Positions 37,500 to 47,299 are shown, counted from the whole stretch's first letter. The stretch: DNA of 61,195 nucleotides, filler included, from Actinomycetota bacterium (GCA_009886115.1; 4 parts of 4 records of this genome joined end to end with filler, not necessarily neighbours in it), one strand, 5' to 3'. The notes: generated by a model from the letters alone, not told the origin. Numbers and translations: made by a program.

Positions 37500-37574
37500 G
37501 GTCGTGCCCTCCGCTCGTGCGCTGCTGTGCCGGTGATCCCCCGCCTCGTGGGGGGATGGACCGCCGATGCCTCA

Positions 37575-37602
37575 CCATCGACCAGAGCGGTCCGGGGCTT
37601 GA
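37575..37602 (-). promoter_or_regulatory. Putative sigma28 (FliA/WhiG)-type promoter
   Basis: TCAAG-N15-GTCGATGG, compared with consensus TAAA/TCAA-N15-16-GCCGATAA. Confidence 0.55.
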
Positions 37603-37733
37603 ACGGGCGTGGGGTCTTCGAATCGCCCGCTGACGGACAATGCTCGGATGCGATCCGGACCAGCGCACGAGCGGCGCCACAGCATTCCTGCCGCATGCTC
37701 CGATCCGCGGGCGCTCCGAGCCCGGACAAGCGA

Positions 37734-38010
37734 CTGGCCGGAGTGCGCTGGGACCACGACAGCGCACTCCGGCCAGGGCTTGGGTCCCGAAGCCCGGAGA
37801 ACTCACGAGGCGGTGGTCCGGTGAGAGAGCGGAACCGGACCACCGGACTCGTGAGGGGGCACACGGGAGAACGCGCCGGTGACCGTCGGATGAGGGGGGC
37901 ACCCGGGGTGACCGGTGGACCGGCGCCTCGTCGTGCGAGGACACCGTTCCGGGTGGAGCACGGTCATCGTCTCAGACCCGTGCTGCGAACCGGTCGCAGT
38001 CGTATTGCGA
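37734..38010. other. Hairpin-dense intergenic region (candidate structured RNA)
   Basis: Perfect 17-bp stem 37734-37776, nested 8+12-bp stem 37802-37855, several smaller stems. Confidence 0.5.
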
Positions 38011-38164
38011 TCAAATGACGTTTCCTGCGGCCGGGGCAGGCGCCGACTCCTGCCCGATCTCCCGGCCGATGACCGGGAGCCATCGGGCCCTGAACCGTCA
38101 ACGAATCGACACGATCCTGCAACCTTCACCTCGCCGCGAACTGTCAGGATTCCCCGCGATGATC

Positions 38165-38500
38165 ATGGCTCGTCCCGAATCTCCGGACGCCTTCGACGTG
38201 CGATTCGAGCACCACGCTGAGGTGCTGACGGTACGGCTGCAGGGATCCCTCGACGCCGCAGCCGGGGCCTGGGTGGACGCCGGCCTCCGTGATGCTCTCG
38301 TGGTCGGACCTTCGCCGGTGCGGCGGGTCGACATCGAGCTCGACCAGGTCGCGTCCCACACCGAGGAGGGCCTGGCGGCGTTGCTGCGGTGCCGTGATCT
38401 CGTTGCCGACGTGCCCGACGGTCTGCGATACCGGGCGACGTCGACGGCGGGTCGGATCGTCCTGCTGGCCACATGCCGAACCGACGATGCGCTGATGTGA
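38165..38500 (+). CDS. STAS-like (anti-anti-sigma-like) protein
   Basis: LTVRLQGSLD...VDIELDQVASHTEEGLAALL. Confidence 0.6.
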   Translation: MARPESPDAFDVRFEHHAEVLTVRLQGSLDAAAGAWVDAGLRDALVVGPSPVRRVDIELDQVASHTEEGLAALLRCRDLVADVPDGLRYRATSTAGRIVLLATCRTDDALM

Positions 38501-38580
38501 TGTGATGGGAGGGTGAGCGAACCTCGCGGAGCGCCCCCGACCCCCATCGCCGCATACTCGACGAGCGAGGTGTCGCGCCC

Positions 38581-39273
38581 ATGAGCGCCCGCATCCTCGT
38601 CGTCGAGGACGACGAGCGCATCCGTACGACGCTGTGCCTGGCGCTCGAGGACGAGGGCTACTCGCCGATCGGAGTGTCGAGCGGCGAGGACGCCATCGAC
38701 GTGCTGTCCCGGCGTCCGACCGACATCGTGATCGTCGACGTGATGCTGCCCGGCATCGACGGTCTCGAGCTCACCCGCCGGATCCGCAAGACCTCCGATG
38801 TCCCGATCATCATGGTGACGGCCCGGAGCGACACGCTCGATCTGGTGGCCGGCCTCGAGGCGGGCGCCGACGACTACGTGACCAAGCCCTTCGTCGTGAA
38901 GGAGCTCTCGGCCCGGATCAAGGCCCACATGCGGCGAGCCCAGAGCGGCCCGGGCGATCCGGGGAGCGAGATGGAGCGCTACCAGTTCGGCGATCTGGAG
39001 ATCTCGCCCGCAGAGGGCGTCGTGAGGCTCCGCGGCGAGGAGGTGCATCTCACCCGGACCGAGTTCCGGCTGCTGTGCGAGCTCGGTGCGTCGCCGGGAC
39101 GGGTCTTCAGCCGCGAGACGCTCCTCGAACGGGTGTGGGGCTACGACTACTTCGGCGACGGTCGGCTGGTCGACGTCCACGTGCGGCGGCTGCGGACCAA
39201 GATCGAGCCCGATGCCGCCAACCCTCGCTACGTCGTCACGTCGCGTGGCCTCGGGTACAAGCTCCAACCGTGA
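38581..39273 (+). CDS. OmpR-family response regulator (MtrA/AfsQ1-like)
   Basis: ILVVEDD, DVMLPGIDG, VWGYDYFGDGRLVDVHVRRLRTKIE. Confidence 0.95.
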   Translation: MSARILVVEDDERIRTTLCLALEDEGYSPIGVSSGEDAIDVLSRRPTDIVIVDVMLPGIDGLELTRRIRKTSDVPIIMVTARSDTLDLVAGLEAGADDYVTKPFVVKELSARIKAHMRRAQSGPGDPGSEMERYQFGDLEISPAEGVVRLRGEEVHLTRTEFRLLCELGASPGRVFSRETLLERVWGYDYFGDGRLVDVHVRRLRTKIEPDAANPRYVVTSRGLGYKLQP

Positions 39274-40847
39274 GCGCAGTGCGCGAGGACGGCGACGAGG
39301 TGACCTCGCCGGAGGACCGACCGTCCCCGTCCTCGTCGTCGGCCCCGTCGTCGGCCCCGTCCGATGCCGGCGTGCGGACCGGCACGACTTCGGGCGAGGT
39401 CGACCCGATGGCCCGGACCCACAGGCTCAGTCGGCGCCGACGCCGACGCCGGCGGAGTCTCCGGACCCGCCTGGCGGTGACGTTCGCCTTCGCCGCGCTG
39501 GGGCTGTCGGCGTCGCTCTCAGCCGTGACCTACACCCTCGTGCGCACCAACCTCATCCGCGAGCAGGAAGGCTCGGCCACCGCCCGGTTCTTCGCCGATG
39601 CGCAGTTCATCAAGTCCGAGCTCGTCGACGCCCGCGTGATCGCGTCGCCGGCAGACATCCTCGAGGACTTCACGACCCCCGTCGACACCGAGGCCTTTCT
39701 CTTCGTCGACGGCGACTGGCAGGGGCGCACGAGCACCCAACGTTTCACGATCGACGATGTCCCCCCGGCCTTCGAGCAGCGGGTCCTCGCCGGGTTCCCG
39801 ACCAGTCAGCGCTTCCAGTTCGATGACGACACCTACCTGGCCGTGGGGTTGTACATCCCGGCCATCGACGCGGTGTTCGTCGAGACGTTCCGGCTCCGCG
39901 ATCTTGACGGGTCGCTCTCGATCGTCGGGGGCACCCTCCTCGGGGTGTCGGCGGTGATCACCGTGGCTGCGGCCCTGATCGGCTTGTACATCTCGAGACG
40001 GGTCGTGCGGCCGCTCGAGATCGTGGCCACCGCGGCATCCGAGATCGCCGGGGGCCGGCTCGACACGCGCCTCGACTCGGGTGGCGACAGCGATCTCGAC
40101 AGCCTCACGCGGGCGTTCAACCAGATGGCCGACGCTCTCCAGGCCCGCATCGACCGCGACACGCGTTTCGCGTCCGACGTCAGCCATGAGCTGCGCTCAC
40201 CGCTCACGACCATGCGCACGTCGATCGAGCTCCTGCAGGGGCGACGAGATGAGCTGTCGGACCGGGGTCGCACCGTCCTCGATCTCCTCGATGCCGACGT
40301 GAAGCGCTTCGACCAGATGGTTCGTGATCTGCTCGAGATCTCCCGCTTCGACGCCGGAGCGGCGTCGGCCAACGTGGAGGAGGTGCGCATCGGTGAGTTG
40401 GTGCTGCGCTCGATCGAGGCGATCGGCGAGCCCCGGTTCCCCGTCGAGATCGACGCTCGCACCGCGGCCACGATCGTGGCGGCCGACAAACGGCGGATCG
40501 AGCGGGTCATCGCGAACCTCGTGAACAACGCGCGAACCCATGGTGGGGGCGTGAGTTGCATGAGCGTCGTGCCAGGCGAGCGCGAGCACGACGGAACCGT
40601 GCTCCTGATCGTCGACGACTCAGGCCCCGGTGTTCCCCTTGCCGATCGCGAGCGGATCTTCGACCGGTTCGCCCGGGGACCGGCGTCGCGTCGCCGTGGC
40701 GCCGTCGAGGGCACGGGGCTCGGCCTCTCGATCGTCTCCGAGCATGTCCGTCTCCACGAGGGTTCGGTCTGGGTCGAGGATCGGCCCGGCGGCGGTGCTC
40801 GTTTCGTGGTCGCGCTGCCGAAGCTCCCGGCGGGAGACGTTCGATGA
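39270..40847 (+). CDS. HAMP sensor histidine kinase (MtrB-like)
   Basis: Two TM helices, HAMP AFNQMA, DVSHELRSPL, GTGLGLSIV; GTGA overlap. Confidence 0.93.
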   Translation: MSAVREDGDEVTSPEDRPSPSSSSAPSSAPSDAGVRTGTTSGEVDPMARTHRLSRRRRRRRRSLRTRLAVTFAFAALGLSASLSAVTYTLVRTNLIREQEGSATARFFADAQFIKSELVDARVIASPADILEDFTTPVDTEAFLFVDGDWQGRTSTQRFTIDDVPPAFEQRVLAGFPTSQRFQFDDDTYLAVGLYIPAIDAVFVETFRLRDLDGSLSIVGGTLLGVSAVITVAAALIGLYISRRVVRPLEIVATAASEIAGGRLDTRLDSGGDSDLDSLTRAFNQMADALQARIDRDTRFASDVSHELRSPLTTMRTSIELLQGRRDELSDRGRTVLDLLDADVKRFDQMVRDLLEISRFDAGAASANVEEVRIGELVLRSIEAIGEPRFPVEIDARTAATIVAADKRRIERVIANLVNNARTHGGGVSCMSVVPGEREHDGTVLLIVDDSGPGVPLADRERIFDRFARGPASRRRGAVEGTGLGLSIVSEHVRLHEGSVWVEDRPGGGARFVVALPKLPAGDVR

Positions 40848-41665
40848 ACCGGCGCTCTCGGCGCGTCGTCGTCCTCAGGGCGATGGTGGTGACGGTGATG
40901 GTGATGGTGATGGTGCTCCCAGCCTGCGGTGTGCCGGGGACGGGGCCGCGTTCGATCGATGTCGGCGGCGTGCCCGGGCTGCTCGAGCCCACCACGACCA
41001 TCGGCTCGACGACCACAACCACTTCCGGCGTCGGTGTGGAGACGTCCATTCCCCAACCGGCCATCCCCCCGGTCGACGTCTTCGTCGTGCGCCCCGACGG
41101 TGCGCAGCTCAGCCAGGTCGAGGCCCCGGTGTCGGTCGATCTGGGCGCCAGCGTCGTCGACGACGCTCGGGAGCGGTTGCGGGCGCTGCGCGAGTTCTCG
41201 TTCTCCGACCTCGAGACCGAAGCCGGGTACACGACGACGTTGGGGGCGACCAGCGTGCGGGTGACGGGCGTGACCGACGACAGGGTCGTCGAGATCGACC
41301 TGCGTAATCTCCCTGAACGTCCTTCCGAGCAGCGGCTGGCGTTCGCTCAGCTCGTGTGGACCCTCACCAATGCCGACGGCATCACCAGCGTTCGCTTCAC
41401 GATCGAAGGCGATCCGGTTCGGGCGCTCACCTGGAGTGGGGAGCTCGCCGATTTCGCAGAGCCGGTCGACCGCAGCGACTATCTCAGCGCCTACACGGGG
41501 AACACGCCGAGCGAACCGGCGCCTGAGACCACGACGTTTCCGACGGAACCATCGCCGACGACGGTACCGGTGGCCGCGGCCACCAGCGTTCCTGGAGCGA
41601 CCGAGACATCGGTCGGGTCGTCAGGCACCACGCCGATCTCGGAACCGCCGCCTTCAGGGCCGTGA
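40844..41665 (+). CDS. GerMN-domain lipoprotein (LpqB-like accessory)
   Basis: Lipobox LPAC-GVP; QRLAFAQLVWTLT...SVRFTIEG; ATGA overlap. Confidence 0.82.
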   Translation: MNRRSRRVVVLRAMVVTVMVMVMVLPACGVPGTGPRSIDVGGVPGLLEPTTTIGSTTTTTSGVGVETSIPQPAIPPVDVFVVRPDGAQLSQVEAPVSVDLGASVVDDARERLRALREFSFSDLETEAGYTTTLGATSVRVTGVTDDRVVEIDLRNLPERPSEQRLAFAQLVWTLTNADGITSVRFTIEGDPVRALTWSGELADFAEPVDRSDYLSAYTGNTPSEPAPETTTFPTEPSPTTVPVAAATSVPGATETSVGSSGTTPISEPPPSGP

Positions 41666-42029
41666 CCCGACCGCGGTGTCGCCGATGTCCCCGGGACCGA
41701 TCGGGCCCGTAGAGTCCGCGGGGACATCGGGCCCCGCTGCTCCCGCGGCGATGGTCCGTCTGCGAGATCGGCGGGCCTCGGTCGCGATCCCGGCGATCGC
41801 CGCCGCGACCAATGCGCCCATGGCGATGAGGATGGTCCGGCCCCGGTCGGAGTCGCGATCGACCGAGGCGGGACGGCTCGTGAGGACGGTCGTGGCCGTG
41901 GGCGTCGCTGGCGGGGTGGAGACGCCGACCGTGGCGACCGGGGCCAGGGTCGTGAGCCACGAGGGGCTGCGATGGTGCCAGCTCGTCCGGCGGGTGCTTC
42001 GGCGGCGCATGCTCGAGGCGCGGGCCATG
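41654..42029 (-). CDS. Hypothetical protein or remnant with Thr/Pro linker, TM helix and basic tail
   Basis: TPPATPTATT...ILIAMGALVAAAIAGIA..RRSRRR; N-terminus looks non-coding. Confidence 0.35.
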
Positions 42030-42036
42030 AACGTCC

Positions 42037-42420
42037 TCAGTGGCTCGTGTAGTCGACCCGGCCGGCGCCGGGTACTCCCACGGCGAAGCAGAAGCAGTGG
42101 ATCGGTGCGTGGTCGCTCACCGGGCGCAGGCTGTGGACGGCGTTGGGCGGGATGTGCACCAGGTCGCCCTGGCTGATCTCGCGGGTCTCGTCGGCGATGG
42201 TCATGAGCCCCCGTCCCGAGGTGACGTAATAGAACTCGTGGGTCGGGTGCTGGTGCGGGTCGACCTCGCCACCGCCCGCCACCTCGAACTCGCTCACCAG
42301 CTCGAGGAACCCGCCCTCGGTGATCTCCCGCATCTCCTGCGGGTTCACCAGCCACCACACGGGCACGGTGCCGTTGTGCTCGACGACCGGCGCCACGTCC
42401 TCGATCGATCGCACGTCCAT
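42037..42420 (-). CDS. Cupin domain protein
   Basis: PHQHPTHEFYYVTSG, GDLVHIPPNAVHS. Confidence 0.9.
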   Translation of the reverse strand: MDVRSIEDVAPVVEHNGTVPVWWLVNPQEMREITEGGFLELVSEFEVAGGGEVDPHQHPTHEFYYVTSGRGLMTIADETREISQGDLVHIPPNAVHSLRPVSDHAPIHCFCFAVGVPGAGRVDYTSH

Positions 42421-42506
42421 CGGAGTCCTCTCTCGTAGCGTTCGCATGCTCGTCGTCGGCGTGGGGCGCGCCCCACGCCGCGGTATGCCGCAAGGGTAGA
42501 TCGAGG

Positions 42507-42986
42507 TCAGGCGTCGCGGAGGGCGACCGTGACCTCGATCTCGACGGAGGCGCCGCGGGGGAGCGCGGCCACCCCGATCGCCGAGCGCGTGTGGCGCCCC
42601 TGCTCGCCGAAGATCTCGACGAGCACCTGGCTGGCGCCGTCGACGACAGCCGGCTGTTCGACGAAATTCGGAGAGCTGTTGACGAAGCCGGTGACGGTGA
42701 GCACTCGCTCGATGGTGTCGAGGCCGCCGAGATCGACGAGCGCGGCGGCGAGCACCGACACGGCGTTGAGCGCGCAGATCCGGGCCGCCTCGTAGCCCTG
42801 GGCGACGGTCAGATCGTCGCCCAACCGACCGTTGTGCACGAGCTGGCCGTCGATGCGGGCGAGCTGGCCGCTCGTGCGGGCGATACCCCGATGCACGACC
42901 ACGGCATCGAGGGGATCATGGGGCGGATGGGGTCCGTGCAGCACGAGGCCCAGCTCCGCGATGCGAGCAGCGATACGCGTCATCAC
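42507..42986 (-). CDS. RidA/YjgF family protein
   Basis: SGQL, GFVNS, QPAVVDGAS, GRHTRSAIGVAALP, VEIE. Confidence 0.9.
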   Translation of the reverse strand: MMTRIAARIAELGLVLHGPHPPHDPLDAVVVHRGIARTSGQLARIDGQLVHNGRLGDDLTVAQGYEAARICALNAVSVLAAALVDLGGLDTIERVLTVTGFVNSSPNFVEQPAVVDGASQVLVEIFGEQGRHTRSAIGVAALPRGASVEIEVTVALRDA

Positions 42987-43000
42987 GCGAGACTACGGCC

Positions 43001-43465
43001 ATGGTCGACATCCACATCGTGCGGGCCGCTCCACTCACCGCCCACGCCTGGAAACCCTTCGGGCAGTTGGTCATGGAGGGCGACTGCGTCATGGAGCTCC
43101 GCGGCGGGGAGACCTTCGCCCTGAACGTGCTCCACTACGAGAAGGCGCCGTTGCGCTGCGACCACCTGAACCGTCACCACAAGGCGACCCAGATGCTGGT
43201 CCCGTTGGCCGGCAAGCCCGCGCTGGTGGTGGTGGCTCCGGCCCGGTACGACTTCTCGACCGTCGACCATCTCGAACATGTGCGGGCCTTCGTGATGGAC
43301 GGCACCGCCGGTATCAACCTGGCGCTCGGCGTGTGGCACTGGGGCCCGTACCCGATCCACGACCATGTCGATCTCGTCAACGTGCAAGGGGCGGGTTTCG
43401 CCGACGACAACGAGATTGCCCACCTCGAACGCGACCTCGGCGTGGTCGTGGAAACGGTCTTGTAG
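43001..43465 (+). CDS. Ureidoglycolate lyase-like protein
   Basis: PLTAHAWKPFG, LNRHHKATQMLVPL, VRAF, GVWH. Confidence 0.75.
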   Translation: MVDIHIVRAAPLTAHAWKPFGQLVMEGDCVMELRGGETFALNVLHYEKAPLRCDHLNRHHKATQMLVPLAGKPALVVVAPARYDFSTVDHLEHVRAFVMDGTAGINLALGVWHWGPYPIHDHVDLVNVQGAGFADDNEIAHLERDLGVVVETVL

Positions 43466-43526
43466 CGACGCCGGTCCTGGAACGACACCGGTCCTGGAAC
43501 GACACCCGTCCCGCGACGGCCGGCCG

Positions 43527-44672
43527 TCAGGGCGCGAGCGCTGCGTTGATGATCCGGCCGACGGCCTCGGCCTCGATCAGGAACGCGTCGTGACCGAACA
43601 GGCTCGGGATCACGCGCAAGGTGGGTTGCGACGGGAGCAGCTCGCACAGCTCCTCCTGCAGCCGCAAGGGATAGAGGCGATCACTGTCGATGCCGGCCAC
43701 CACGACGTCGGCCCGGACGCGTCGTAGCGCCTCGGCGACCCCGCCCCGCCCGCGTCCGACATCGTGGTGGTTCATGGCCTCCGAGAGCACGATGTAGGTG
43801 TTGGCGTCGAACCGTCGGGCGAGGCGTTCGGCGTGGTAGTCGAGATACGACTCGATGGCGTAACGACCGCCCTGCATGGGGTTCTCCGAGCCTTGCGGGT
43901 CGCGCCCGAACCGCTGGTGCAACTCGAGCTCGGACCGGTAGGAGATCTGACCGATGCGCCGGGCGATCCCCATCCCTTCGTGGGGTCCGTCGCCGGGATC
44001 GACGTCGTAGTAGTGCCCGCCCCGCCAACGGGGATCGTTGCGGATCGCCCGGTTCTGGATGGCGCACAAGGCGATCTGCTCAGCCGTGGCCGCGGCCCCC
44101 ACGGCCATGACGATGGCCGTCTCGACCTGGAACGGAAAGGTCACCGCCCATTCGAGCGCCCGCATCCCGCCCATCGACCCGCCCACGACGGCTTTCCACC
44201 GGAGGATGCCGAGCTCGCGCGCCAGCAGCTCCTCGACCCGAACCTGGTCGCGGATGGTCACCACCGGGAACGAGCCGCCGTACGGACGGCCGTCGCTCGT
44301 CGGATCGGGCGCCGATGGCCCGGTCGTGCCCTGGCAGCCGCCGAGCACGTTGGGGCACACGACGAAGAAGCGGTCGGTGTCGAGCGGTCGGCCCGGGCCG
44401 ATCATGTCGTCCCACCAGCCGTTGTGGGGGTGACCCGGCCCAGCCGGGCCGTGGGCGTGCGAGTCGCCGGTGAGCGCGTGCAGGACGAGCACGGCGTTCG
44501 AAGCCGAGCTGTCGAGCGTTCCCCAGGTCTCGTAGGCGACCACGATCTCGGCGAGGTGACCGCCCTGCTCGAGCTGGAAGGGGCGGTTCTGGTGAACGGT
44601 CGCGAACCGCCGACGCCCCGGATCGGCACCGGGACGCCAGGCCCCGCTCGGAGGGATCGGGTCGGTCGTCAC
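43527..44672 (-). CDS. metX: Homoserine O-acetyltransferase
   Basis: HALTGDSH, NVLGGCQGTTGP, GGSMGG, RFDAN, GHDAFL. Confidence 0.93.
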   Translation of the reverse strand: MTTDPIPPSGAWRPGADPGRRRFATVHQNRPFQLEQGGHLAEIVVAYETWGTLDSSASNAVLVLHALTGDSHAHGPAGPGHPHNGWWDDMIGPGRPLDTDRFFVVCPNVLGGCQGTTGPSAPDPTSDGRPYGGSFPVVTIRDQVRVEELLARELGILRWKAVVGGSMGGMRALEWAVTFPFQVETAIVMAVGAAATAEQIALCAIQNRAIRNDPRWRGGHYYDVDPGDGPHEGMGIARRIGQISYRSELELHQRFGRDPQGSENPMQGGRYAIESYLDYHAERLARRFDANTYIVLSEAMNHHDVGRGRGGVAEALRRVRADVVVAGIDSDRLYPLRLQEELCELLPSQPTLRVIPSLFGHDAFLIEAEAVGRIINAALAP

Positions 44673-44699
44673 CCTGCGCCGACCCTGGGGCGCCGGGCC

Positions 44700-46001
44700 T
44701 CAGCCACTCGTGGCCGCGCGGAACCCGGTCTCGAGATCGGCGATGATGTCGCCCACGGATTCCACGCCGATGCACAGCCGCACCAGGCCGGGCGTGACGC
44801 CGGTGCTGCGCTGCTCGTCCTCGGTGAGCTGCGAGTGCGTGGTCGACGCCGGGTGAATCGCCAACGACCGCACGTCGCCCACGTTGGCCAGGTGCGAGAA
44901 CAGCTCCAGCCCCTCGATGAAACGCTTCCCGGCCTCGATGCCACCCGCGATCTCGAACGCCATGATGGCGCCGGCGCCGCGGGGCAGGTACTGCTTGGCC
45001 CGGGCGTTCCAGCGAGACGAGGCGAGACCGGCGTAGTTCACCGACTGGACCTCGGCGCGGGCCTCGAGCCACTCGGCGACGGTCTGGGCGTTCGAGCAGT
45101 GCCGCTCCATCCGCAGCGAGAGGGTCTCGAGCCCCTGGATGAACAGGAACGAGTTGAACGGCGACACGGCGGCACCGAGGTCGCGTAGACCCTGGAGCCG
45201 GGCCTTGAGCACGTATCGGGCGGGGAACAAGGGAGCGGGGAGCTGGGCGAAGATGAGACCGTGGTACGACGGGTCGGGCTCGGTGAAGTTCGGGAACCGG
45301 CCGCTGTCCTCGTAGCTGAACGTGCCGCCGTCGACGATGACCCCGCCGATGGAGGTGCCGTGGCCGCCGATGAACTTGGTCGCCGAGTGCACGACGATGT
45401 CGGCTCCGTGACGCAACGGCTGGCAGAGGTAGGGCGTCGTCACGGTGTTGTCGATCACGAGCGGGATGCCGTGCTCGTGGGCGATGGCCGAGACCTCCTC
45501 GAACGGGAAGACGTCGCTCTTGGGGTTGCCCATGCTCTCGCCGAAGAACGCCTTGGTGTCGGGCCGAACGGCTGCCCGCCACGCCGCCATGTCGTCGACG
45601 TCGACGAACGTCGTCTCGATCCCCATCTTGGGCAGCGTGTAGTGGAGGAGGTTGTACGTGCCGCCGTACAGCGACGCCGACGACACGATGTGGCCCGGAC
45701 CGTCGCAGAGGTTGAGCAGGGCCAGGCTCTCGGCGGCCTGCCCCGAGGCGACGGCCAGGGCGGCGACGCCGCCTTCGAGGGCGGCCATCCGCTGCTCGAA
45801 CACGTCCTGTGTGGGGTTCATGATGCGGCTGTAGATGAAGCCGAGCTCCTTGAGCCCGAACAGGTTCGCGGCGTGCTCGGTGTCGCGGAACACGTAGCTC
45901 GTGGTCTGGTAGATCGGCACGGCCCGGGCGCCCGTTGTCGGATCGGCCGTCGCGCCGCTGTGGATCATCTTGGTCTCGAAGCCCCAGGTGTCGTTGCCCA
46001 T
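44700..46001 (-). CDS. metY: O-acetylhomoserine sulfhydrylase
   Basis: PIYQTTSY, YSRIMNPT, HSATKFIGGHG, HLANVGDVRSL, HPASTTHSQL. Confidence 0.93.
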   Translation of the reverse strand: MGNDTWGFETKMIHSGATADPTTGARAVPIYQTTSYVFRDTEHAANLFGLKELGFIYSRIMNPTQDVFEQRMAALEGGVAALAVASGQAAESLALLNLCDGPGHIVSSASLYGGTYNLLHYTLPKMGIETTFVDVDDMAAWRAAVRPDTKAFFGESMGNPKSDVFPFEEVSAIAHEHGIPLVIDNTVTTPYLCQPLRHGADIVVHSATKFIGGHGTSIGGVIVDGGTFSYEDSGRFPNFTEPDPSYHGLIFAQLPAPLFPARYVLKARLQGLRDLGAAVSPFNSFLFIQGLETLSLRMERHCSNAQTVAEWLEARAEVQSVNYAGLASSRWNARAKQYLPRGAGAIMAFEIAGGIEAGKRFIEGLELFSHLANVGDVRSLAIHPASTTHSQLTEDEQRSTGVTPGLVRLCIGVESVGDIIADLETGFRAATSG

Positions 46002-46753
46002 GGCGCGGCTCCTTCGGAGATGGGGCGCCGGTCGAGCACGGCAGGCGCCGGTGGGTCGTCAGGTGTCGCAGGGTAGGTCCGTGGTGCCGATCGCTCAACT
46101 CGCCGTCGCGCCGGGTGGGCCGGCATCGCACCGCCGGCGCTTCCCCGCCGGCGCCGTCCGGCTGCGGCCGCGGTGACGACACGCCCGACCGTCATGACGG
46201 CCACGAGCGCCGCCACGCCGAGATAGGCCCAGCGCAGCGCCGTCTGGCCGGCGGTGTCGGTGCCCGCCCGCCAGCCGTGGACGGTCGCCAGCACGAACAC
46301 CCCGTAGCTCGCCACGTGGATCGTGTGCCACACCCGGCGGGGCAGCCTGCGCATGACGAGCGACGTGGCCTCGAGGACGACCGCGCCACCCAGGGCCACG
46401 ATCCCGAGCGTCACGGCCCCGGCCCGGTACGGCGAGCGACCGGGCACGAAGAGCTCGGCCCACGAGAAGTGGAAGTAGCTGTCGGCGACGAGCCCGCCGA
46501 GATGCACCGCCGTGAATGCCAGCGCGAGCCCGCCGAGGAAACGGTGCAGATCGAGGAGCCACGCCGGGCGCGGGCCCCGGCCGCGGGGCCGACCCGAGAG
46601 CCAGATTCCCCAGATGACCCCTGCGGAGGCCAGGGCCCAGGCGATGATCCCGGCCGCGCGGGCCGAGTACCACCAGATCCTCCGATCGAGCGCGACGACG
46701 GCGATCGTGTCTCCCAGCATCTCCGCAGCAGTCATCATGGGGGTCAGGATCAT
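45965..46753 (-). CDS. Ferric reductase-like transmembrane domain protein
   Basis: WWYSARAAG, LDLHRFLG, VWHTIH, HGWRAGTD; low-complexity tail overlaps the metY start. Confidence 0.8.
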   Translation of the reverse strand: MILTPMMTAAEMLGDTIAVVALDRRIWWYSARAAGIIAWALASAGVIWGIWLSGRPRGRGPRPAWLLDLHRFLGGLALAFTAVHLGGLVADSYFHFSWAELFVPGRSPYRAGAVTLGIVALGGAVVLEATSLVMRRLPRRVWHTIHVASYGVFVLATVHGWRAGTDTAGQTALRWAYLGVAALVAVMTVGRVVTAAAAGRRRRGSAGGAMPAHPARRRVERSAPRTYPATPDDPPAPAVLDRRPISEGAAPWATTPGASRPR

Positions 46754-46757
46754 GGGG

Positions 46758-46857
46758 NNNNNNNNNNNNNNNNNNNNNNNNNNNNNNNNNNNNNNNNNNN
46801 NTTAATTAATTAANNNNNNNNNNNNNNNNNNNNNNNNNNNNNNNNNNNNNNNNNNNN
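46758..46857. other. Artificial contig linker
   Basis: N44-TTAATTAATTAA-N44. Confidence 0.99.
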
Positions 46858-47299
46858 CAGCCGCCGCCGGGCTCGGCGCTTCGCTCCCCGCGAGCCCGGG
46901 GGTCCCGGGGCCGCAGCGTGGTGGTCGCCGTGGTGGTCTCCGGGCTGCTGGCCTACTACTACAAGCCGTGGCAGTCGCAATCCAGGGGATCGGCACCCGC
47001 CCCAGCCAGTGCGGCGTTCGACCGTCCGCCGCCAGCCCGTGACCAGTCACCGGTGCTCGCCCGACGCCTTGCCGTCGGGGTCGGCGCACGAACAGCGCTG
47101 GATGCGTTCATGGCCGAGCACGCAGCCGCCATGGAGCGCGGCGATGGCGTCTTCGCGTTCTCCATGTTCGTTGCAACAGGCCGACGCCCAGATCCGCACT
47201 GACCAGCCCAGAGCCGATCGGCGGGCGCGGCGGGCGTGGCCGAGGCGGGGTGCCATAGCCTCCGGCCCGGCAGCCCGTCGGGCGCCACAAGGAGACACC

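Noticed and set aside
37890..37915. GGGGCACCCGGGGTGA resembling part of a c-di-AMP (ydaO) riboswitch
   Set aside because: The downstream CCCG.CAGCTAAC element and upstream GAATCC are absent.
46002..46100. SAM riboswitch upstream of metY
   Set aside because: No SAM-I or SAM-IV signature; only a short leader with an SD and a TACCCT -10.
46858..47202. Short ORF at the start of contig 3, including GGCGATGGCGTCTTCGC (fluoride-riboswitch-like)
   Set aside because: Frame and product cannot be resolved at the contig edge; the rest of the riboswitch consensus is missing.
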